This document shows, piece after piece, positions 7,745-15,107 of a DNA stretch of 34,021 bases. The notes below the pieces were generated by a model, which was not told the origin of the DNA, did no database searches, and was given only the letters and a program-made list of their open reading frames with translations. Within the stretch, counting starts at the first letter, position 1. Each line of letters opens with the position of its first letter. A program made the position numbers and the translations under genes. Source of the DNA: Chloroflexota bacterium (lineage in GTDB: Bacteria; Chloroflexota; Dehalococcoidia; GIF9; UBA5629); the NCBI GenBank assembly GCA_037441105.1, contig JBBISW010000005.1, positions 1 through 34,021 on the forward strand, written 5' to 3'.

Positions 7745-10700
7745 CTAACTCGACCGCCGGCGGAGGATAAGCATAAGCAGGCTGATGTCTAGTATCACAC
7801 CGATAACAACAATTACCCAGCCCCAAAGTAGAGCTTGTTGTGATGTATTGTGTGGTTGAGTTGGTGCATCTTCGGTGCGGAAGACAAAAGTAGCACTCCA
7901 GTCGCTCTGTGTTGGCTCCAATGCCATCACTCGCCAGAAATAGTTGGTGCTGTAATCCAGTGTACTCTCATGCTTGTAACTAGTACTGGGGCTCTCTGTC
8001 TCGACCACAATTTCAGTCATTGCCGAATCTTTAGCCAGGACGAATTTGTATCTTGTGGTGTCTGTGAAAGCTGACCAAGTGAATGATGCCAATTTAACCG
8101 GGCAGCCGAGGCATCCGTTATTAGGCGATAGCAACTGAAGCCCGTAGTACGGAGTGCGCACAGGTAAACCAGCTTTGACAATAAACATTTCTCGCCAGGA
8201 TGATGGACTCCAGATGCTATCGCCTGTAGCCACATCCTGAACTGCTATCCTCCAGTAATAGGTATGACCCGCTTCGAGGGCAGGGACGGTCCATGAATTA
8301 CCATTGGCATCGATAACTTTCCCGCCGCCAGGAGGTATGACTAGAGCAGGAGCATCCAGGTCATGGGGAACATAGAAGGGGACAGACCAGCCCGTACAAA
8401 TTGTCTCCTGCGGCTGGACTAAGTTTGAAGTTCTGCAATAGCCACCAATATAAGCGACCTTCAAGGCAAAATCCTCATCCTTGGCTATTTCAATTCGATA
8501 ACCTCGGGACAAGGACACCGGTTTCCATTTGAGGTTTATCTCGCTAGCTCTTCCTGATACAGGGTCGCAATCCACTGCGGTCCGACTTACAGGCTCAACT
8601 GGTGTGGGACCGGTCCATAATAAGGTGTCTGTGTAGCACCAGACTCCGCCTTGTGGTGGATTGTATAAACGCTGGTCAATAACCCATACAGTAACCGGCT
8701 CGCCAAGGTCCAAGCCACCGCAAATTCTTAACCTTGTAGTTGGCTCTGTGCCCAAACTGATAGTGGGATCAATGCCAGCATAAGCTGACGACCATCGTAT
8801 ATACGCCGTATCCTTCCAGAAGGGGATATGATCACTGAAATAAAAGCTGCCGTTCCTCGATATGGTTAGGCCAGTAACAGCGGTTGGCCAGCTTGGTCCA
8901 CCCCACTGTGTTGACCACTTGCCAAATTCAGGTAGAGGCCAAGCCCAAGCGCCGCCACCGTAATAAACTGACCACTCATACATTCCACCCGAATTGATGG
9001 CGAAGATGTTACCACCTTTTTTATAACCGGAATGCGCAACTACCAAAGTGTTGCCGCGAGTGGGAAGTTGTGCGGTTATGGGAGTGAAACTGACACCTCC
9101 ATCTGTGGAGTAAGCTACATCGTAGGCTCCGGTGCCCATGCTGCCAACGATGATGTGTCCCTTGTCATTGTCCGGCGTTAACCCGGTGTAGGCAGTGGCG
9201 ATGCTGTACCCAGTACCAAGCTCGGTAGACACACTGCTGCCCGATACCCAACCCACCCCACTGAAGGCAAACTTTTGCACCCAGCTATCGGGGCTAAGGA
9301 CATACAATGTCTTGCTGTCCTCCGCTGCCATATCTTGAACGGCGTATGTAGGATGAATATTAGTCCAGTAATCACCAAAATCCGGCGACCACATTATCTT
9401 TTTGGTGCCCACCGCTGCCCAGAAGACGATTTGTCCATCAATTTTATCTCCAGCCAGCCCGAGGATAGCATTATCAGTCTGGTTTTGGGCACAGTTGTGG
9501 CTTGTAGTAGGTTGACATAATACACGTTCCCAGAATGTGCCTAGGGGCAGCGCTGGAAACGGTGATACCACATCAGTATTGCTGCTTGATCGCCAGACAC
9601 TGTCGAAACCGGAGCAGTTGGGATTATCGTTGATTGAAGCCAGATAAATGGTCGAGCAGTCAGGAACCGGGGCAATATCAGTGAACTTACTGATTTTGGT
9701 ATCTATCAAAGCAAGCTGATTCCACGTCTCACCATTATTTCGACTGAATGAGAATGCTGATTCATCAAGGTCTTTACCTGTGAGATAAGGGTTTGGCCAA
9801 TTAGCACCGGCGATAAGGACTGCGCTGCTGGCTGTGCCAGCATAGGCAATAGTGCCGTCTGGTGACCAGGCAACCTGGGCGTTGCCATAGCCGGAGGCGG
9901 GAACTCGGGCAGCCCCAGTAGGTGGCTTCATAGCTGGGTACCAGCAGGGAATAGGGCAGGTGGTAGGGGCATCGGTGAACCAGGTCATCACTGTAGCCGA
10001 ACATGGGTTGCCGAGAACCTCACCAGCCAGTAGCTTTCCTGAGGCATAGGTGCCATAGTAGGCGATGCTGGAAATCCTCTTGGTTGCAGTTGCCGACATT
10101 AACTTATAGCCTACGGTGTCATCGAAACGGTAGATGCCAGCGTTGCCTGTAGTTCCGGCATCATCGATGCTAATATAGCAGCGGCGCAGGCTTGGAGCTT
10201 GTCCGGAAAAGTCGGAAGGCATCTTTAGGTCGGCAGTTATAACTTGATGTACCTTAGGCGAGGTGTTAGCTCCGGCGGTGGTAATTTCCACTGGAACCCA
10301 TGTGCCCCAGTTGGTGGTGTTGGCGACCTTATCATGAATACCGATGTTAATGTAGGTGCCGGAGTTGTTAGCTGAGATGACTACTAGAGTAGAGTCGCTG
10401 GCGTAAGTGGGCGAGAACTTCATTGCCAGTATATCGCCGCTGAAGCCCTGGGCTGCCCAGGTGCCTTGCCCCGATGCCTTGAATATGTAGACATTGCCGG
10501 TGCCGAGACCGGTTCGTATGCCGACGGCGATATCATAGCCGCGGTAGTTTGGAGAGATGTCAATCGCGCTTATATGGGCGCCAGCAGGACAATTGGTGTT
10601 CTCCCATTTGGTGCCGCCGTCGGTTGATATCCAGACATTTCGCGGCAAATCAGTTGCGCTGTCATTGGTGACTACGGCTAAAAAGTTGACATTGTCGGGG

Positions 10701-11077
10701 GCTATAGCTACGTTCCATAGGCGGAAGTTGCCTTGCTCTGCGGGAGTCATTTCTCGGTAGAGGTTAATAGAGATTTTATCGTTCCAGGATATGCCACTAT
10801 CGACTGATTTATACAGCGTTTTACTGCCGATAATGCCCGGGTTGGCGATATCCACGGCGTAGAAAGTTTTGCTGTCTGAGCCGATAGCAATGCGGTTCAC
10901 CTCACATGGGCTGACGATGTCATTCTTGCCAGGGACTGCCCCCGGCGTATCGATACGAGTCCACTTGAGGACTGCCGGGCTGGCAGAGACTGGCTCGTTT
11001 GTGATTGCTGACAGCATGGTGGCTATCATTGCTAGGCTGATCGTAAGTGCTAAGATGGCGCGATGTGTAGCTTTCAT
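7745..11077 (-). CDS. 1110-aa BNR/Asp-box repeat beta-propeller surface protein (S-layer-like) with FN3-like modules and a C-terminal TM anchor
   Basis: The signal peptide is MKATHRAILALTISLAMIATMLSA. Asp-box motifs are SVDSGISW, STDGGTKW, SRNNGETW, SPDFGDYW and STDGGVSF. Cys-rich extracellular segments are present. The C-terminal modules end in GHTYYWRIAVQD and TNYFWRVMALEP, followed by the TM segment LLWGWVIVVIGVILDISLLMLIL and a tail RRRSS. The RBS AAGGAGGA lies upstream of the ATG. Confidence 0.9.
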   Translation of the reverse strand: MKATHRAILALTISLAMIATMLSAITNEPVSASPAVLKWTRIDTPGAVPGKNDIVSPCEVNRIAIGSDSKTFYAVDIANPGIIGSKTLYKSVDSGISWNDKISINLYREMTPAEQGNFRLWNVAIAPDNVNFLAVVTNDSATDLPRNVWISTDGGTKWENTNCPAGAHISAIDISPNYRGYDIAVGIRTGLGTGNVYIFKASGQGTWAAQGFSGDILAMKFSPTYASDSTLVVISANNSGTYINIGIHDKVANTTNWGTWVPVEITTAGANTSPKVHQVITADLKMPSDFSGQAPSLRRCYISIDDAGTTGNAGIYRFDDTVGYKLMSATATKRISSIAYYGTYASGKLLAGEVLGNPCSATVMTWFTDAPTTCPIPCWYPAMKPPTGAARVPASGYGNAQVAWSPDGTIAYAGTASSAVLIAGANWPNPYLTGKDLDESAFSFSRNNGETWNQLALIDTKISKFTDIAPVPDCSTIYLASINDNPNCSGFDSVWRSSSNTDVVSPFPALPLGTFWERVLCQPTTSHNCAQNQTDNAILGLAGDKIDGQIVFWAAVGTKKIMWSPDFGDYWTNIHPTYAVQDMAAEDSKTLYVLSPDSWVQKFAFSGVGWVSGSSVSTELGTGYSIATAYTGLTPDNDKGHIIVGSMGTGAYDVAYSTDGGVSFTPITAQLPTRGNTLVVAHSGYKKGGNIFAINSGGMYEWSVYYGGGAWAWPLPEFGKWSTQWGGPSWPTAVTGLTISRNGSFYFSDHIPFWKDTAYIRWSSAYAGIDPTISLGTEPTTRLRICGGLDLGEPVTVWVIDQRLYNPPQGGVWCYTDTLLWTGPTPVEPVSRTAVDCDPVSGRASEINLKWKPVSLSRGYRIEIAKDEDFALKVAYIGGYCRTSNLVQPQETICTGWSVPFYVPHDLDAPALVIPPGGGKVIDANGNSWTVPALEAGHTYYWRIAVQDVATGDSIWSPSSWREMFIVKAGLPVRTPYYGLQLLSPNNGCLGCPVKLASFTWSAFTDTTRYKFVLAKDSAMTEIVVETESPSTSYKHESTLDYSTNYFWRVMALEPTQSDWSATFVFRTEDAPTQPHNTSQQALLWGWVIVVIGVILDISLLMLILRRRSS

Positions 11078-11105
11078 GGTATCCTCCTTTAAACTTGATC
11101 TTGAT

Positions 11106-11138
11106 ATTAAAAATCCCCCACTCCTGAGAGCAGGGGAC
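11106..11138 (-). terminator. Intrinsic terminator forming the expression platform of cobalamin riboswitch A
   Basis: On the minus strand the RNA reads CCCCUGCUC-UCAG-GAGUGGGGG followed by AUUUUUAA. This is a 9-bp stem including two G-U pairs. It lies about 30 nt upstream of the BNR-gene RBS. Confidence 0.7.
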
Positions 11139-11292
11139 TTATGGTACGGCTTGGCTCATTCACTCCCTTCTCCGCGGAGGCTGATAAAGGTTGTGGGGCA
11201 GGCGTTCTGACTTTTACAGCAGGCGGGGCTGTGCCGGAATTTCACCGGCTTGCTCTCCAATTAAGCTCTTGGTCACCCAAGAACGCCCCGGT
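11139..11292 (-). promoter_or_regulatory. Cobalamin (B12) riboswitch aptamer A
   Basis: On the minus strand the sequence reads GGUGACCAAGAGCUUAAUUGGAGAGCAAGCCGGUGAAAUUCCGGCACAGCCCCGCCUGCUGUAAAAGUCAGAACGCCUGCCCC. It contains the conserved GGUGAAAUUCC, GCCCCGC..GCUGU and B12-box AGUCAGAACGCCUGCC elements. The 5' GGCGUUC can pair with GAACGCC. Confidence 0.85.
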
Positions 11293-11294
11293 CA

Positions 11295-11325
11295 ATTATT
11301 GTTCTGAGTTAGATTGAGAAGTCAA
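11295..11325 (-). promoter_or_regulatory. Possible promoter for riboswitch A and the BNR gene
   Basis: On the minus strand, TTGACT (11320..11325) is followed by a 19-nt spacer and AATAAT (11295..11300). The spacer is longer than optimal, so this call is tentative. Read-through from the upstream gene is an alternative. Confidence 0.3.
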
Positions 11326-11343
11326 AACCTCCTTTTATCTTCT

Positions 11344-11489
11344 GAGGCTGTTTAATTTCTATTTTTGGCTTCAATTTCGACCAATTTTGAGAGCCCTTTA
11401 CCTCCAACTTTTAGCCCATTTCACGGAACTTCTAGCTTCAACATTACTCAAAAAGCCCCCGAAAACCCCTTCCATTTTTAAACAGCCTC
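11344..11489. repeat. 12-bp perfect inverted repeat GAGGCTGTTTAA / TTAAACAGCCTC enclosing 122 bp, with a nested 7-bp inverted repeat
   Basis: The arms lie at 11344..11355 and 11478..11489. The nested TTTTGAG / CTCAAAA pair lies at about 11385 and about 11447. The element sits in the 230-bp non-coding gap between the binding-protein stop and riboswitch A. Confidence 0.6.
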
Positions 11490-11525
11490 TCTTCTAAATG
11501 GAGAAGTTACCCCTGTCGGCTACCT

Positions 11526-12542
11526 TCACTTGGCTGTGCCGAAAATCTCGGGGTGAATGAATTTTGCTACCTCCTCTAAGCCGTCTACTATTCTTGGTCC
11601 GGGACGCTCAATCAGATTGGCATCACTTATTCTATAAACCTGGTTGTTGACGATAGCATCTATTCCCGCTAGTCTTGTTTCTTTCATTATAGAGTTGTAT
11701 ATCAAGTTTCCTGATGTACCCATACCGCTGACGATGATTACTTGGGGGTTCCTGGCGACAACAGCCTCCAGCGATACAACTCGGGATTTCTCGAAGTCAT
11801 CAGCAAAGATGTTAACTCCACCGGCTTTCCAGATTAAGTCAGCGATAAAAGTTTTACGGCCCATTGTCCATATCGGGTCATGCCAGCAGACATAGAGGAC
11901 TCGAGGCCTCTTTTCCGCAGGTAAATCTTTGGTTTTTGCAGTTACTGCTTCAATTCTGTTGGTCAAGTTATTAATTAGCTGGGAGGCGGCTCGGCTTTTT
12001 CCATTAATTTGACCTATCAAAGCTATGTCTTTAAGCACCGTATCAATAGACTCCGCTGACATTACAATGACAGTTAGCCCAAGCTTTTCCAGAGCTGGTA
12101 GCACCATTTTCTCGTGTATTGATTCGGCAATCACCAGGTCTGGTTCCAGAGAAATCACTTTTTCCCTGTCAGGTGTGAGGTAACCAGCCACTCGTGGTTT
12201 AGCCTTAGCTGCCTCCGGATAGTCACAATAGTCCGTGGTGCCTACTAATCTATCTTCGAGCCCCACGGCAAAGAGAATCTCGGTGTTGCTCGGTGCTAGA
12301 GAGACAATCCGCTGTGGTAACCGCTCAATTGTTACTGTCCTGCCCAGATCATCAACAATGGTTAATGGAAAGCTGGGTAATTCCTCTGGCTCTGGTTTAA
12401 CTTTCTCCGGTGGTTTTCCCTCAGTTATTGGTGGGGGTGACGGTGGGGTTTCTTGAGTTGGGGGTGGAGTGGCACAAGCAACTGAGAAAACTAATCCTAC
12501 TATCGCCAGTAAAGTCAGAAAACCTAGAATATACTGTTTCAT
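11526..12542 (-). CDS. btuF: BtuF-like ABC transporter substrate-binding lipoprotein of the cobalamin/siderophore class
   Basis: The lipoprotein signal is MKQYILGFLTLLAIVGLVFSVAC. A Pro-rich linker TPPPTQETPPSPPP follows. The segment RIVSLAPSNTEILFAVGLEDRLVGTTDYCDYP is typical of the class III Fe/B12 binding-protein fold. A cobalamin riboswitch lies directly upstream. The symbol rests on family plus riboswitch context. Confidence 0.8.
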   Translation of the reverse strand: MKQYILGFLTLLAIVGLVFSVACATPPPTQETPPSPPPITEGKPPEKVKPEPEELPSFPLTIVDDLGRTVTIERLPQRIVSLAPSNTEILFAVGLEDRLVGTTDYCDYPEAAKAKPRVAGYLTPDREKVISLEPDLVIAESIHEKMVLPALEKLGLTVIVMSAESIDTVLKDIALIGQINGKSRAASQLINNLTNRIEAVTAKTKDLPAEKRPRVLYVCWHDPIWTMGRKTFIADLIWKAGGVNIFADDFEKSRVVSLEAVVARNPQVIIVSGMGTSGNLIYNSIMKETRLAGIDAIVNNQVYRISDANLIERPGPRIVDGLEEVAKFIHPEIFGTAK

Positions 12543-12560
12543 CGCGACCTCCTTTGTGCA

Positions 12561-12595
12561 AATAAAAATCCCCGTGCTCCTGAGAGCAGGGGGAT
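12561..12595 (-). terminator. Intrinsic terminator forming the expression platform of cobalamin riboswitch B
   Basis: On the minus strand the RNA reads CCCCCUGCUC-UCAG-GAGCACGGGG followed by AUUUUUAUUU. The stem is nearly identical to that of terminator A. Confidence 0.7.
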
Positions 12596-12748
12596 ATTAA
12601 TTAAATAACAAGTCCCACCCCCTTACTCCGCGGAGGCAGTTAATAGCTATAGGGCAGGTGTTCTGACTTTCACAGCAGGCGGGACTGTGCCGGAATTCCG
12701 CCGGCTTGCTCTCCAATTAAGTCCCTAGTTACCCAAGGACACCCCAGC
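12596..12748 (-). promoter_or_regulatory. Cobalamin (B12) riboswitch aptamer B
   Basis: On the minus strand the sequence reads GGGUAACUAGGGACUUAAUUGGAGAGCAAGCCGGCGGAAUUCCGGCACAGUCCCGCCUGCUGUGAAAGUCAGAACACCUGCCC. It has the same conserved elements as copy A, including the B12 box. Confidence 0.85.
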
Positions 12749-12769
12749 TACACTATTCAATTTAATGAC

Positions 12770-12798
12770 AGTATATCAATAGTCTGTGAAAAAGTCAA
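12770..12798 (-). promoter_or_regulatory. Sigma70-type promoter for riboswitch B and btuF
   Basis: On the minus strand, TTGACT (12793..12798) is followed by exactly 17 nt and TATACT (12770..12775). The -35 overlaps the proS stop codon. Confidence 0.55.
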
Positions 12799-14507
12799 AC
12801 GGCTTCACTGTGACTTTCCAGCAGTTCTTTTGTTATCGAAGTTATTTCTTTAAGTGGTACAAGTTGTACCTGGCTCTCCTTGCGCCATTTTATCTCTATG
12901 CTTTGATTCTCTAAAGCGCGGGGGCTTATAGTCAGGCGCAAGGGTATCCCCAGAAGGTCGGCATCATTGAATTTGATTCCCGGGGACTCATCCCGGTCGT
13001 CGAAAAGCACTTCTAAGTTTGCACTGGTTAAGTCCTGGTACAGTTTCTCTGCGGTTTCAGCGACATCAGAGTTCTCCAAGCGAAGCGGACAGAGGTAGAT
13101 ATGGTAGGGTGCAATGGTCATTGGCCAGATAATGCCTTTGTCATCGTGGTTCTGCTCTACTGCGGCTGCAAGTAGTCTTCCCAGTCCAATGCCATAGCAA
13201 CCCATAATGATTGGTTGTGAGGCACCATTTCGGTCGAGGAAGTAAGCCATCAACCTTTCACTGAGAAAAGTGCCAAGTTTAAAGACGTGACCTACCTCGA
13301 TACCATGACTGGAGAGGAGTTTGCCGTTGCATTTCGGACAGCTATCTCCAAGGCGAGCTACAGCGATGTCGGCAATAAGGTCAACATTGAAATCACGGGA
13401 GTAGTTTACATTCTTAAGGTGAGTGTCTGGCTTATTGGCACCGGCGATGAAATTGGAGCCTAGGGTTATTGAATCGTCGGCTACAATCTTTATTCCTTTT
13501 AAGCCAACTGGGGAAGCTGAGCCAGCTACTAATCCTGCTGCTTTCACTTCAGGTTCTGTAGCCAGACGCAGTTCTGAGCATTTCAGCAGGTTTTTGAGCT
13601 TTGTCTCGTTGACCTCCATGTCTCCTCTAATTACTACAAAGACAAGCTCGTCATCGGCTGAATAAAAGACTGCTTTTAGGGTGTGGCTTGTTGGCACACC
13701 AACGAAGTCAGCTACCTCTTCGATGGTTTTGATGTTTGGGGTTGATATTTCCTCTACGGTTAAAGGTGTTTTCTTCTCCAGCTCGTGTTTAACACTCCAA
13801 GCTTTTTCTACATTGGCGGCATAATCGCAGTTCGAACAGCAAATAATTTCATCTTCACCGGTTTCAGCGATAAGCATAAACTCGTGAGACTCTTTGCCAC
13901 CTATGGCGCCACTATCAGCTTCTACCATCACTGCCGATAAGCCACAGCGAGAGTAAATATTCTTGTAGGCTTGAAGCATCTTTTGGTAGCTGGTATCTAA
14001 CCCCGCCTCATCAACATCGAAGCTGTAGAGGTCTTTCATGATGAATTCTCGGACACGCAGTAAACCGCCTCGAGGCCGAGGTTCATCACGGAACTTGTTT
14101 TGTATCTGATAGAGGAGGAGGGGCAAGTCACGATAGCTCTGCACATAGCGGCGGACAAGCTCTGTGATAACTTCTTCGTGGGTAGGTCCCAAGACCAACC
14201 TGTGCTCTCTTCGGTCGGTGACAGTGAACAACGTCTTGCCAAAAGAAGGATATCTTCCTGATTCTTCCCATAGTTCGAAGGGTTGGAGTGTAGGTAGCAT
14301 CAACTCCTGTCCGCCGGCCTTATCCATTTCCTCTCGGATTATTTGCTCGATTTTCCTGAGCACACGCCAACCTAAAGGCAAGTAGGAATAGACACCAGCG
14401 GCTACTTGCTGAATCATTCCAGCCCTGAGTAACAACTGGTGACTTAAAGTGTCAGCTTCTGATGGTATTTCTTTTAGTGTCTTACCGAAAAGATTAGAAA
14501 AACGCAT
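12795..14507 (-). CDS. proS: proline--tRNA ligase (bacterial type with an editing insertion)
   Basis: 570 aa with HQLLLRAGMIQQVAAGVYSYLPLGWRV, the motif 2-like FRDEPRPRGGLLRVREFIMKDLYSF and the motif 3-like GCYGIGLGRLLAA. Confidence 0.95.
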   Translation of the reverse strand: MRFSNLFGKTLKEIPSEADTLSHQLLLRAGMIQQVAAGVYSYLPLGWRVLRKIEQIIREEMDKAGGQELMLPTLQPFELWEESGRYPSFGKTLFTVTDRREHRLVLGPTHEEVITELVRRYVQSYRDLPLLLYQIQNKFRDEPRPRGGLLRVREFIMKDLYSFDVDEAGLDTSYQKMLQAYKNIYSRCGLSAVMVEADSGAIGGKESHEFMLIAETGEDEIICCSNCDYAANVEKAWSVKHELEKKTPLTVEEISTPNIKTIEEVADFVGVPTSHTLKAVFYSADDELVFVVIRGDMEVNETKLKNLLKCSELRLATEPEVKAAGLVAGSASPVGLKGIKIVADDSITLGSNFIAGANKPDTHLKNVNYSRDFNVDLIADIAVARLGDSCPKCNGKLLSSHGIEVGHVFKLGTFLSERLMAYFLDRNGASQPIIMGCYGIGLGRLLAAAVEQNHDDKGIIWPMTIAPYHIYLCPLRLENSDVAETAEKLYQDLTSANLEVLFDDRDESPGIKFNDADLLGIPLRLTISPRALENQSIEIKWRKESQVQLVPLKEITSITKELLESHSEAV

Positions 14508-14564
14508 ATTATCCTTTGAGCCAGCTTTTTATCCTGCCTTTGTAGACAGTGTCCTTGCTTCCAG

Positions 14565-14846
14565 CTATTCTATACTAAATGGTGGATATTTGTCAGTTAT
14601 AAGCAGAAAATAGCCGCTTACTCTAGTGTACCAGCGAACATAGCCAGCAACGAAATCGAAGGCCCACTTAGGATATCTGCCAGTGAACAAGATAGCCCAC
14701 CAGGCAATGAAAGTGACAACGCTGGCAGCTATACCAAGGGCCCATAAGGCGATCCCATGAGGTATAACCATAAGGCCTCTAAAGAAGGTTGTCAACCGTG
14801 AGAGTTTCTCTTGATAGTCCACAGTGATAGTTATCGGATAGTTCAC
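14565..14846 (-). CDS. DUF4389-like small membrane protein
   Basis: 93 aa with a GTG start behind GAAGGAGGG. The sequence LSRLTTFFRGLMVIPHGIALW...ILFTGRYPKWAFDFVAGYVRWYTRVSGYFLLITDKYPPF matches the DUF4389 pattern as I recall it. Confidence 0.7.
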   Translation of the reverse strand: MNYPITITVDYQEKLSRLTTFFRGLMVIPHGIALWALGIAASVVTFIAWWAILFTGRYPKWAFDFVAGYVRWYTRVSGYFLLITDKYPPFSIE

Positions 14847-14915
14847 TTCACCCTCCTTCTGTTACCCTTTTGCGAATCCGTCTTAGTTCGGTCCACCCTG
14901 TTATAATCCAAGAGA

Positions 14916-15068
14916 TTAAAAATATGAATGCGAAATAATGAATACTATCCTGTGCTCGGGCATAATACGTATCATGGCATTTATACCACCTATCGCCAAG
15001 ATTAACCCAGAAAACAAAAAAACAAGTCTAGCATAATATTCGACCCATCCTTTAACATTCTTTCTCAT
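14916..15068 (-). CDS. Possible 50-aa membrane peptide
   Basis: I translated this by hand as MRKNVKGWVEYYARLVFLFSGLILAIGGINAMIRIMPEHRIVFIISHSYF. An AAGGAGA sits about 9 nt upstream of the ATG. It is below the ORF-track cutoff and I recognise no homology. Confidence 0.3.
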   Translation of the reverse strand: MRKNVKGWVEYYARLVFLFSGLILAIGGINAMIRIMPEHRIVFIISHSYF

Positions 15069-15107
15069 GTCCCATCTTCTCCTTTCAGCTTAATACATTA
15101 GTCTTCT

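Noticed and set aside
10869-11210. 113-aa plus-strand ORF spanning the BNR gene start and the riboswitch A terminator
   Set aside because: It is antisense to a well-supported CDS and to a conserved riboswitch platform. It has no RBS and a low-complexity composition, so I treat it as a shadow ORF.
11450-11470. AAAAAGCCCCCGAAAACCCC as a possible terminator after the binding-protein gene
   Set aside because: Both halves are C-rich on the same strand and therefore not self-complementary, so no hairpin can form.
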